64,000 nucleotides of DNA from positions 13,702,001 to 13,766,000 of the forward strand of contig NC_043009.1 in NCBI RefSeq assembly GCF_006345805.1, read 5' to 3'. Source of the stretch: Octopus sinensis (taxonomy: Eukaryota). Below are positions 1-12,859 of this stretch, in pieces. The notes beneath the pieces are model-generated. The model made no database searches. It worked only from the letters and a program-made list of their open reading frames with translations, and was not told where the DNA came from. The position numbers were made by a program, and so were the translations under genes. How positions within the stretch are numbered: the first letter of the stretch is position 1; each line of letters starts with the position of its first letter.

Positions 1-115
1 AACTTAGCATTTCGGCAAAACAGACCGATACAATAAGTACTAGGCTTATAAATAATAACTCATGGGGGTTGTTCTAGCATGGCTGCAGTCAAATGAAAGA
101 GTAAAGGAGTAAATA
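1..115 (+). mobile_element. SINE family A, 3' fragment
   Basis: Matches the 3' half of the fuller copies at 21971-22380 and 35205-35607 (ttcggcaaaa.agaccgata..aataagtactaggctta...agcatggctgcagtcaaatga) and ends in the aaagagt tail. Confidence 0.75.
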
Positions 116-634
116 TTATTTTGCAGCAAGTAACAATGCTAGTTCTAAATTCTTTCCAAGAGATCAACGAAGTAGTTGTACGGACAAGTAATAACGATGC
201 ACAGCTGCATCCGATAACCAGCTAGAGGAGATGTCCTCTTGGGGTTGAAAAATTGCAGTTAGAGACCGCTCGAACGGACAGCCATGTTAAAGTGGCTACG
301 AATATTACTTGTCAATATTTTTTTGCAATTCTATTTCATCTACTGTACTTGAGTAGTTAAGATTATTTTACGGCAAGATACGATTATCAGTTTCCTTCTT
401 ATCAGATTTACGATTATGAATGTTGCTGATATTTCCATGTATACAACAGAATTATTTTCAATATATTATCTTGCAAGTGAAGTTATTTACTGGAACAATC
501 ACGGTGAATATTCCTGTTATTTTGTTGTACAAATCCACTAATGCTATACATTATTGTATATAATTTTTATTTCGCTATTTATTTTTAGATATAAATCCTA
601 TGTACTTTATTAAGAAATCAAATCTTCATTCTTG

Positions 635-720
635 CATGCTTGGGTATCCATGCAATGGAACTAAACCTTGAACCATGTGGTTGGTAAGCAAGCGATATAT
701 CAAATTGCCACTCGTGCGCC
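635..720 (-). mobile_element. SINE family A, degraded tRNA-like head
   Basis: gaaccatgtggttggtaagcaagc is the reverse complement of the family A head. Confidence 0.5.
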
Positions 721-842
721 TATTGTATAGAATATAAGGGTACATTCTATAAATACTTTTCAGAGAATGTCTAAATTTTTTCCAGAGAGACAGAAGCATG
801 CACACTAACTGCAAAATATGCAAACTGATAATACACACATAT

Positions 843-873
<31 letters not shown>

Positions 874-1664
874 GTATGTGCGTGTGTATTTGTGTGTGCG
901 CGTATGTGATGGTTTCTCTCACTTCATATAGCTAAATAGGAAACCATAACACAAATCCCTCACAATAAAACGCCATCGTTCCATTTCCTTTTCTGAAGAT
1001 TTCTGGTTTCATATGTATATAGTTATCTTTTTTATGGTTTGTGTTTTAAAGAGGAAAGAGAGAATAAGGTACCGAAGAGCTAAGAATTCAGCCGTTCTTA
1101 TCCAGACAAATCTTTGATTCTTCGCACAGCATTTAAAAAGATTAGGCCAGTTCATTTACCTGAAAATCTGTATAAGATATCAGTCAAAGATTCAGAAAAA
1201 AAAACACAAAGAATTCATTAATGTCATGTTGTGTTGCAGAGCTCCTTCTGTCTTAGCCAAGGACATGATTCTCATTTGCTTTATCTCCTATTGTCTTTAT
1301 CAAGACTCTATTTTTTAAAAAACTGAAAAATATACGGAGTGAACCGTGAGGCTAAATCCAACTTGTCTGAGCAAAAAAGATACAGTGATTCTCCTCTTGC
1401 TGTCAAAGCAGAGAAGTGAGATAGACCTGTCCAATATGTAAATCAATATGACTTGCATCGTTTTAGATGGGATTTATGCGAATATTAAGCCTTGTTTTAT
1501 ACATATATTTCTAATAAACTGCACCGATCATAGGATTACTGTGGAGCTGTTCCTCATCGTGGCTATGGAATGAAAAGTAATCAGACTGGAAGGTGCAAAG
1601 GCAGAGATCATTACAAAATCAACTTTGCCATCATTTCGGATTCGATAAAATAAACAACCGTAAA

Positions 1665-4290
1665 GTACTTTCAGAAACACATGCAGCCATTCTTCCAATT
1701 TCGAAACTATGCCGAGATCACGCAGTTTGTGACATTTCATTCTCTGATCAAATTTATCGAAAGCCTTTGCAAAGTCGATATAGATCACACCCTGATTTCA
1801 GTGATTGAGCAGCTGTTTCAACATCCAATCATACTGTTGTCAGCGCTGAATCAGGTGGCCTCTTTCTGGCGGAAACCATGTTGGGTGTCTGTCAGCAACT
1901 TATTTTCCTCAGGGAATGTGATTAGTTTACTTCTGACTATTCGTTCCATGACTTGCTGCTGTGCGAGGTCAGAGAGATAGATCTGTAGTTTTTGGCCTCT
2001 GCTCTGCTACCTACTTTATAGATGGGGTATATTTACACTTCCTTCAGCTTGCTTGGAAGTTTGCCAGTTGCAAGGAAGCTCTGGAGGAGAGACTGCAGTT
2101 GTCGTGCTCGGTCCTGCTTCCATGATTTTAGAAGGATTGTTTGGTATCCATCAGGGTCAGTAGCTGAGTTCGGGTTCATTTCATCTATAGCTCATATTAC
2201 ATCGTCTTCTTTTATATTGATGTAATCAATCATCACTGCCTATGTTCTGCAGTGGCGAAAATATCAACTGGAGGGCTGACTTGGAAGTGCCCTGTGGGTG
2301 GAGTGAAAACACCTTTGAATTGCCCGTTTAGTATTTCACTTATACCTATTGGGTTTCCTGTGAGGGAACTATCATTTTCAAGGAGTGGCCCTACCCTCAG
2401 TGCACTGAGGCTGTTTCTTTGGCAAACTTGTAGAAAGCTCTGATGTTACATCTTATATTGTCTATCGCCCAGGCTTCTTTGTCTGCTCTTTCTTTTTCAT
2501 GGGAGCGTTGCAGATTTTTTTCAATCTCCAGCAGTCGTATTTTCAGGTGGAAATGTTCACTGTCTTCGATTTGCTTGTGTAGGCGATTTGAAATTTTCGT
2601 AAGAACTTTCCTCTCCCTGGCAATTTTGTTCTTGTGTACAGTGGCCTTTCTCTCCGGAACACATTTGTAACATATGGCTTGCGGTACAGACATAAATGGT
2701 TGAAGTTTCATGTCGATGTCCGGAGCGGAGAGATATTTAGACCAGTTTTGTTTGATGATCTCTTTCTTAATTTGTTTCCAGTTTTCCTTATGGAACACCA
2801 AACTGGAAAGATTTTGAGAGTTTCTTGTAGGCTTTATATCCATAGATTCCTCTGGTCCGTACATGGTCAGCTCTACCATATTGTGATCCGAGACTAGAGT
2901 CGGTGTCACACATTATGGATGAGATCCATATTATTTTTGAAGCAAAGATCCAGTATATTACCTACCCTGGTTGGCTGGAGTGCTATTTATTCTGTTAACA
3001 AAGTGCTGATGAGGTTCAGAAGAATCTTCGCTTGTCCTTGTTCGCAACGCGTCATTCCTGGGAGAGAAAGTCCCTCAGGCCAGCCGATATTGGGGAGATT
3101 CAAGTCTCCCATAAGAAGTACAGTTATGCGTTGTTCTAATGTAATTAGCACTTCTATTTTTGTAAGACAGTCTTCAAAGTCGTCCCCGTGATTCGGAACA
3201 TCTGGAGGGTGATATATATATTTATATATATATAAATAGTTCATATAACTAAATCGAGTTGCCTTATATGTACAATTAGTGTGCCATTTATTGAATTTGA
3301 GTGTGACAAAAAAACCTGGGGTGTAAGGTCTGCGTAGATGTACATAGCAACTTCACTGTCGGTCCGTAATGCAGCATACTGTAGCATGTGCATTTCTACA
3401 TTTGCTATATCTGGTTTCAGATGCGTTTCCGTAAATGCTAAGCATAAGGATTGATTGCATGCAACAAGGTCTCTCAGGAAAGGAATTTTTGTCCGGTTAC
3501 GAAATGTTAACAGTCCTCTGATATTCAGTAAGAGCACCGATGTGATGTGATCTCCACCACGGGTCCATTTGTGGTGGTCTTGTGTATTGGGAACAGTCCA
3601 TTCTGTAAGATTGATATAGCTAGGCCAGTTGCTGCAAATTCTTTTGTGCCAGGTACAAAAATGATTGCTGTTCAGCAGCAACCCTTTCAACTATATGTTG
3701 ATAGGACTGGTTTCTAGTGCGCACTACATCTGCGTATTTCCGTTTTGAGGTAGGTGATATGTAATCCTTTCCTTTTGGCGGGTATGGTGTGGCAGGGATT
3801 TCGATGTGCAAAACGGCAGTTTGCGTTTTCATCTCCATGCCAGCAGACACCTTTCAAATAGAACTTACACATTCGTGTGTGCTGTCTGTTTTCATCTTTT
3901 TTGTTGTATGAGCAGTCAGACTTGCTTTCCTCGCCTGTTTCATCTTTTGTTTTCTTGCTGGCTTTTTTTGTGGGGGGGTTGTCTTTTCTTGGCTCTTTCA
4001 CTTCCTCGGTTTTTTACTTTGATGGTGGTAGAGGCACTTTCATTTCGGTTTTCTTTCCTAGCATATTATTCGCTTATGTCTTCTCTGTTTCCTTGAGTGT
4101 CTACCAAATGAGGGGAACATGTTTCGCCTGCATCCGTGCGTCCATCCTAGTCATCTTTGCTCTGTTCATTATCAAAGATGGCATCAAGAGTGTTGATGTG
4201 GGATCCTATGAGAGCGTAGGAGCGTATAAACTCCTTCTTTTGCTCTATCTCAGCTGATGTTCTTGACTAGCCATTGCTCTTCGGCGAGAG
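1665..4290 (-). mobile_element. CR1/L2 (Jockey-group) LINE relic: ORF1, APE endonuclease and N-half of RT; 5' end retained, 3' end lost
   Basis: Minus-strand translation gives EN motifs (LLLNIRGL, AFTETHL, LLMGDLNLPNIGW, SDHNMV) and RT motifs (IYPIYK.GSRAEAKNYRSISLTS, TQHGFR, IYIDFAKAFDKFD..KCHKLRDLGI..L.EWLHVFL). It has many stops and frameshifts, and similarity ends at about 1665. Confidence 0.9.
3600..4275 (-). pseudogene. LINE ORF1 with a CCCH zinc finger (CKFYLKGVCWHGDENANCRFAH at 3804-3869)
   Basis: Starts at atggctagtcaagaa near 4275, has a Lys/Glu-rich low-complexity region and a C-x7-C-x8-C-x3-H motif, and lies directly upstream of the EN domain. Stops and a frameshift are present. 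Confidence 0.7.
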
Positions 4291-4444
4291 AAAGAGAGAG
4301 AGAGGAAGTGTGTGTGTCTATATAATTAGGTTCTTAGAAAAGAAAGACGATGTGATGGGGAGAAGTGAAGAAATAGGTAGGGATAGATAGAGGGAGAGAA
4401 AGAGTGTGTCTAAATATTTAGAGATATTGAGGTGGCTGCGTGAA

Positions 4445-4763
4445 GGCGCGTGGCTTAGTGGTTAGCGTATTCGGTTCGCGATAGTAAGGCTGCAAGTTCG
4501 ATTGCCGGTGGCACGTTGTGTTCTTGAGCAACGCACTTTATATGACGTCGCTCCAGCTCACTCAGCTGACAATGACAAGTACCTGTATTTAAAAGGGCCA
4601 GTCTTGTCACATTTTTTGTCGTGCTGAATCTCACTCAGAATCACGTTAAGGGCACGCGTGTCTGTGTAGAGCTCAGTCACTGACCCATTAATTTTACAAG
4701 AAGGCTGTTCCGTTGATCGGATCAACAGGAACCCTCGTCGTCGTAAGCGACAGAGTGCCAGTT
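4445..4763 (+). mobile_element. tRNA-derived SINE family C, full length
   Basis: A box TGGCTTAGTGG, B-box-like AGTTCGATTGCC, central ttgtgttcttgagcaa.gcacttta...ctccagctcactcagctg segment, and a 3' end (gtcgtaagcgacagagtgccag) running into (TA)n. A second partial copy lies at 18211-18330. Confidence 0.8.
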
Positions 4764-4795
4764 GATATATATATATATATATATACATACATACA

Positions 4796-4831
<36 letters not shown>

Positions 4832-4836
4832 TATAT

Positions 4837-4906
<70 letters not shown>

Positions 4907-4962
4907 GTATATATGTATGCATGTATGAATGTATGTATATATATATATATATACACACACAC
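4764..4962. repeat. (TA)n/(TACA)n compound microsatellite
   Basis: Read directly from the sequence. Confidence 0.95.
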
Positions 4963-5637
4963 AGTATCTATACATTTTCGTATGTGTGTAACGAATTGAC
5001 AGTTTATTTTTTTCAAATCGTTAACAATATATTTTGGTCTCAACTAAAGCCCAAGTAGCCATTGAGCTGAGAAGAAAATACAGCTTTAAATTGTTACCAA
5101 TTGAAAACTACGCAATACGAGTTTCCATAAGACCGTATTTACAGACCTTATCAAAATTATTGGTCATGTTTTACAATTTCCGTAATCTCGAAATCATATA
5201 TTCTGAGTTAGCTGTAATGTCCAGCTACTCATTTTCATAGATACATGAACTATATTGTAAATATTCATGAACAAGTGAACATGTACATGCATATAGACAG
5301 ACGTATTAATCTTTATGCTAAAAACTCACGTTGTATTTACGCACAAATGAAAATCACTCGCGAAAAACGCAATCATTCGTAAAAGAATGACCATATGCAT
5401 TTTCGTACAGACTCACCTCTATGCGAAGAGACTTCAAACAAACACACACACACACATAGGCAGACAAACACATACATGTATATGCACACACGCACTAATC
5501 TCATCAAACCGAAAAAGAATGAATATATTAGATGGCGACATGCCTTACATAAAGAGACAAGCTCATTGTCACATATACAAGCACAAGGGCACATATCTAC
5601 TCACATGAATATCTATGTAGAAAGATAGACTCACAAC

Positions 5638-6441
5638 AAGGCGGCGAGCTGGCAGAAACCTTAGCACGCCGAGCGAAATGCTTACCGCTATTTCGTCTTT
5701 CGTCTGCCGCTACGTTCTGAGTTCAAATTCCGCCGAGGTCGACTTTGCCTTTCATCATTTCGGGGGTCGATTAAATAAGTACCAGTTACGCACTGGAGTC
5801 GATATAATCGACTTAATCCGTTTGTCTGTCCTTGTTCGTCCCTTCTGTGTTTAGCCCTTTGTGGGTAGTAAAGAAATAGGTACTTCGTATGTCTTTACAT
5901 TCTGAGTTCAAATTCCGCCGAGGTCGACTTTGCCTTTCATCATTTCGGGGGTCGATTAAATAAGTACCAGTTACGCACTGGAGTCGATATAATCGACTTA
6001 ATCCGTTTGTCTGTCCTTGTTTGTTCCTTCTGTGTTTAGCCCTTTGTGGGTAGTAAAGAAATAGGTACTTCGTATGTCTTTACATTCTGAGTTCAAATTC
6101 CGCCGAGGTCGACTTTGCCTTTCATCATTTCGGGGGTCGATTAAATAAGTTCCAGTTACGCACTGGAGTCGATATAATCGACTGAATCCGTTTGTCCGTC
6201 CTTTTTTTGTCCCCTCTCTGTTTAGCCCCTAATGGGCAATAAAGAAATAAGAAACGTTAGCACGCCGGGTGAAATGTTTAATGGTATTTCGTTTGTGCTT
6301 ACGTTGTGTTCAAACTCCGACGGGGTCGACTTTGCCTTTCATCCTTTTGGGGTTGATAAATTAAGCACCAGTTGCTTACTGGGGTCGATCTAATCGACTG
6401 GCTCCCGCACCCAAAATTTCAGGCCTACAGTAGAAAATAAT
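5638..6441 (+). mobile_element. SINE family B with internal 185-bp tandem units and a 13-bp TSD
   Basis: Head aaggcggcgagctggcagaa, B box GAGTTCAAATTCC. Units start at 5715, 5900 and 6085, with a diverged fourth unit near 6300. atagactcacaac occurs at 5625-5637 and 6442-6454. Confidence 0.9.
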
Positions 6442-7106
6442 ATAGACTCACAACTAAAACAACTAACGCAGAGTAACCGATGCAAAACTACACACATGCG
6501 TATACAGCGAAGTCACAGCAACACCGTTAAAATTTATTCACCCAATATATAACATACCCATCAATCTTCATAAACACCCAATCACACTAACACCCAAAAA
6601 TACATTGTTACGTAATTTTGTATAGTATTTGATATTAAATAAAATACAATATATGTATATAGGAACAAAATCACTTGTGTGAAAGGCTTCTCTGGTGAAA
6701 AAAATCATTTGATAAAACATTATAAAGCAAAACATACGCACGCCAGTTAATCACTCTCACTTACTCATATACATGTGTTAATGTTTGTGCGTTTATCTGG
6801 AATAAATATCTCTATTTCTCAACGAATCTTAAACAAATTTCGCACCAAGTTCCATCCAGATGGAAATAAAAACAATGAATGAACAAAAATATGAAATGGT
6901 GGTAAAATATTGATGAGTGAAAACAAGAGATAGAGACCGTAAGTTGAGAAGTTGAAGAGAGAGCGGTAATCTTAGGACACTGAGGTATAGGAATTTTGCG
7001 AGTTTATCACTTAAAATTCTGTTTTTCTTTCTGTTTCAGATTCTTCTCAACTTTTCTCTGTCCTCCTCCTTTTCCTCACTTCACTCAGCTTCTATTTAAA
7101 TCTCTC

Positions 7107-7150
<44 letters not shown>

Positions 7151-7237
7151 GACATAGCAGATACATAACTGTTTAAGTCTGTATTTCATAAATGCATATG
7201 CGTATAAATAATATATATGTTTATGTATGTATATATA

Positions 7238-7279
<42 letters not shown>

Positions 7280-7280
7280 C

Positions 7281-7440
7281 AGGAGTGGTTGTATTGTAAG
7301 AAGCTTACTACCCAACCACGTGGTTCCAGGTTCAAGTCCCACCGCGTGACACCTTGAGCAAGTGTCTTCTAATATAGCCTCGAGTCGACCAAAGCCTTGT
7401 GAGTGGATATGGTAGGCGGAAACTGAAAGAAGCCCGTCGT
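7281..7440 (+). mobile_element. SINE family A, 5' half
   Basis: ggagtggttgtattgtaag...ggttcaagtccc (A/B boxes)...gaaactgaaagaagcccgtcgtata, then the internal TA/TG tract. Confidence 0.85.
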
Positions 7441-7469
7441 ATATATATATATTATTATATATATATATT

Positions 7470-7520
<51 letters not shown>

Positions 7521-7587
7521 ATTTATATATATATATATATATTGTGTGTGTGTGTGTGTGTTCGCATTTATGAATTTATTTATATTT

Positions 7588-8005
7588 CTCTTTTATTTGT
7601 TTCAATCAATAAACGCAGCCATCCTGGGGCACCGCCTTGAAGATAATGTAATCGAATGCATGGATCCGAGTACTTACCTTTTTGAAAGTCTGGTAGTTAT
7701 TCTATCTGTTTCTTTGCCGAACCGCTAGTTTATGGGGTGATAAACACACATGTACTAGTTGTCTATCAGTTGTTGTGGTAGTGAGACAAACAGGCACACG
7801 CACACACTAACACACACACACACACATACACACACAGACATATATACATATATACGACGGGCTTCATTCAGTTTCCGTCTACTAAATCTACTCACAAAGC
7901 TTTGGTGGGCCGATGCTATAGTAGAAAAACCTTGCCCAAGGTGTCACAGAGCGGGACTGAACTCTGAACCATGTGATTGAGAGGCAAGCTTCTTGTCAAA
8001 CAGCT
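7588..8005 (-). mobile_element. SINE family A, near full length, diverged
   Basis: Colinear reverse complement of the family A copies. Confidence 0.8.
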
Positions 8006-8012
8006 ATATATA

Positions 8013-8045
<33 letters not shown>

Positions 8046-8120
8046 ATATATAGATAGATAGATATAGATAGATAGATAGATAGATAGATAGATGATAGAT
8101 AGATAGATAGATAGATAGAT

Positions 8121-8160
<40 letters not shown>

Positions 8161-9125
8161 TACACACAGTCATGCATACATATATGTGAATATACATATA
8201 TGTGCGTGTGTGTGCGTGTATGTGTGCTTGTCTTTGTGTTTATCCCCCCCCCGCCAACGCTTGAAATCCAGTACTGTTTCTTTGCGTCCCCTTGTATTAG
8301 CGGTCGGGCAGAATTGACCCATAGAATAATTAGCAAGCTTAAAGATATGGATGTGTTCGATATAGCCCTGAAGGCTGTGCACCAGCATGGACGCACACTA
8401 AGTCCATAAAAATGAAAAGATAAAAGATATCTATCTGTGCAGACATCACAAATTACCCGTCTATATTTATTACAGACAGCAACGTTTCTCCTTGACGTAG
8501 AAACACTCAGCAGGAGTAATCAGCGTACCAATCCAAACACACGCTTAGAGATAAACTAAGACTCCGACCACCCTTTTCTTCCGCATATGAATACAAATCC
8601 ATATATTTGAGTGAGTGCATGTATGTCAGTATATATATATACACACAGTCATGCATACATATATGTGAATATACAATATATGTGCGTGTGTGTGCGTGTA
8701 TGTGTGCTTGTCTTTGTGTTTATCCCCCACCCCGCCAACGCTTGAAATCCAGTACCTGTTTCTTTGCGTCCCCTTGTATTAGCGGTCGGGCAGAATTGAC
8801 CCATAGAATAATTAGCAAGCTTAAAGATATGGATGTGTTCGATTATAGCCCTGAAGGCTGTGCACCAGCATGGACGCACACTAAAGTCCATAAAAATGAA
8901 AAGATAAAAGATATCTATCTGTGCAGACATCACAAATTACCCGTCTATATTTATTACAGACAGCAACGTTTCTCCTTGACGTAGAAACACTCAGCAGGAG
9001 TAATCAGCGTACCAATCCAAACACACGCTTAGAGATAAACTAAGACTCCGACCACCCTTTTCTTCCTGCATATGAATACAAATCCATATATTTGAGTGAG
9101 TGCATGTATGTCAGTATATATATAT
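8161..9125. repeat. Tandem direct duplication of a ~480-bp unit containing a decayed SINE-A 3' half
   Basis: 8161-8639 and 8640-9125 are nearly identical and differ mainly by single-base insertions. Confidence 0.9.
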
Positions 9126-9195
9126 ACACCACACACGTACATACATACATGCATACATATATACATGCATACATACATATATATATGTATATATA

Positions 9196-9285
9196 TAAAA
9201 AGTTAATTCAAGGAAGAAAACAAAAAGACAACAACGCAAAGATGTGGAACAAATAAAGTATTATTGGACGCTCAGGAAAGAAGGA

Positions 9286-9288
<3 letters not shown>
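9196..9288 (-). mobile_element. Short Penelope-like terminal fragment between TA tracts
   Basis: Same layout as 50401-50560 (aaaaaga..aac...gtatta.t..a.gctcaggaa.gaa) but truncated before the ribozyme-like motif. Confidence 0.4.
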
Positions 9289-9354
<66 letters not shown>

Positions 9355-9374
9355 TATATGTATATGTGTATATA

Positions 9375-9450
<76 letters not shown>

Positions 9451-9467
9451 ATATATATATATATATA

Positions 9468-9499
<32 letters not shown>

Positions 9500-9542
9500 C
9501 TTTACATACACATACGCATATATATATTTATGTATGTGTATG

Positions 9543-9574
<32 letters not shown>

Positions 9575-9618
9575 ATGTGTGTGTGTGTGTGGTGTGTGTG
9601 TGTGTGTGGATGAATATG

Positions 9619-9672
<54 letters not shown>
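9289..9672. repeat. Long (TA)n/(TG)n compound microsatellite
   Basis: Read directly from the sequence. Confidence 0.95.
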
Positions 9673-9676
<4 letters not shown>

Positions 9677-11289
9677 CGAGAGAAAGAGAGGAGAGAGAAG
9701 TAGTATATACGTAAGCGAAGGCAACGTGAGGACATAACAGATAAGTTTTCGAATAAAGAGTAATTTGAGAAAAAAATTCATAAATTTCAAATGTCAGAAA
9801 CTGAAATGTTTGTGGAAACGAAAATAGTCATTATGATGATATTGTTTCCAGTTGTTACTAATCGCTCGGGGAGCAACTAGATATGAAATTACTGGAGACT
9901 GGAATATATTAATATATGCCACTGTCTATTTGCTTTAATGTGTGGTTTCTAATGTAATTTATAGCCAGTTATCAACTTCTTCATTCTGAGACTCGGTGTA
10001 ATGCGGTAAGCCTTTATTGTAGTTCAGCTCCCACTTTGATATCATATATTATGCGAGTTCTGATCTTCAGACTTTATGTCACAGCTTACAATGTTACTTT
10101 ATTCATTCATTCGCCTTCGAGTAAATGCAGGATTCGATTTCTAAGCTGTAAAGTATGAAAATAATTGCACATATCCTGCCATTTAGATGCAGGACAGTCG
10201 TTTTACATGTTATACTACCAGCTTTTATGACATCGCTGCTGTTTAATTCCCAGAGGAACAGGACAGAATTAATAAAACACTCGATTATTAAAAGGTAAAT
10301 TTCAGAATCCGCTATTGGTATGCTTCGAAATCGAACAACACTTATTATTGAACGACTTCCTGTTTTCCGACATTATCTCGCTAAATTTCTCAAAAGTCTA
10401 CAGGAAAATATAGTTGAAGTGATATTTCATAAAAGTAATTAACATTTACATCACGACTGGTTTTCAAAGTTCAAATTTTTTTCTTTATCCACTCAGTTCG
10501 AAATACCCGAGATGACTTGTGATGACCATGACGACTATGGTTACGATAGTAATAAGAACTTTCTTTCTTTTTTGTTTGAGGCGAGGCGGGGCTGGTAGAG
10601 TGTTAGTATCTAAGTCCTTCTCAGGAACACCGAAATAGTAAGACAGAGTAAGTTGATGATCCTTTAGAACAGTTTCAAGATGATGGCTGCAAGAATATTA
10701 TGGAATAACATGGACAAGGAAGAAATTGAAAATTTAAAAGTTCGGTGGAGGAAAGTTTGGATTGACCGAACAGGGGCTTCGTATAGATACACTGTTAGTG
10801 TCATAAGGGAAAGAAAACAATGATTTGGGAATGCTTGATTAATCATTCGATAAGATAAGCTAATTCCGATAAGAAAATGTGAATAATGTGTTGCAAAAAG
10901 CAGAAGGAAGTGAACAAAGTTTGTAAATGAGAGAGTGGAATGTAGTGTAGAGCTACTTTATTCCAATCAATCTTTCGAGAAATAGGCAAGTACAATATAC
11001 AAGATTCGGGAACCTTTCTTCAATATAGTATTCCGTTTAGTTTCGTAGAGAGTTGATGTTTGTTATAAACTGGAGTGAGTTGTCAGTTCGTACATAAATG
11101 TAGAACGTTGGAATGAGTTCTCAACGCTCCTTGGGTGGATAAATAGTTTCTTTATTTGTAAATGAAGGCTACCATGAAACCAATGGTAGCCTTAATTCAC
11201 AAATAAAGAATATATGTATGTATGTACATATATATATGTATGTATATATATATATATATATATAGATAGATAGATAGATAGATATATAG

Positions 11290-12148
<859 letters not shown>

Positions 12149-12859
12149 GTGTGTACATGTGTGTATGTTTTTTTTTCTTTGTCACTTCACCGGTTGAGGT
12201 TGGGGAAAGTGTTCTTGTAGCTCATGTTATACGCCTACCAACGGCTACAGACCAAACTGCCTCGACTCTATTTCTGTTTCGTCTCACTTTAGGTTCGGCA
12301 ACCGCTCCGATTTCTCGTTATTGGCACATTCGTTGTGCACGCTTTCTGAGCAGATCACTATTGTATCGGAAGCTAGATCACATGCTGTAGATGATGTGCT
12401 TTCAAATCTTTCTTTCAGCACCCTGAGTTGGACTCAGTTCTAGGAAATGTTATCGTCTTGAAGGAGTCATAAGGAATTGCATGCTGATAGCAGTCCCGAA
12501 AACATATCAACCACTTATGCCGGCACTGATCACACGCCTATATTGTGCTATGAAAGTGGTAAATAGTCATCCTCAATATCTCTGACGAGAACTCTGTATT
12601 TCTTCCTCCCAAATTTTATGAGAGAATTTTAGAGACAGGTTTGCTCTTGGAATAATTTTGCTTGGGGCTTTAATATGACAAACATGATGTCAGATCCACT
12701 CTACAAGCATCAAAACCATTGTTCAGTGTAATCATTCTGCAAGATGTATCGCAAGAAATAAGAAATCCTTTGTAGCTCTACTGCTCGGCAGTAAAATAGA
12801 ATGTAATCAGTGTTGTCTAAAACTAGCATAGGCGATATATTCCACCATATTCAAGAAAA

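Noticed and set aside
4445-4520. tRNA genes at the SINE heads
   Set aside because: A and B boxes are present, but I could not close a cloverleaf, and each head continues into a repeated SINE body.
5715-6300. Regular 185-bp repeats as a CRISPR-like array
   Set aside because: The whole unit repeats with no unique spacers, and it is the internal body of a SINE in eukaryotic DNA.
10620-10830. Very decayed Dong-like fragment (GITWTRKKLK)
   Set aside because: Only one short motif matches, which is insufficient for a call.
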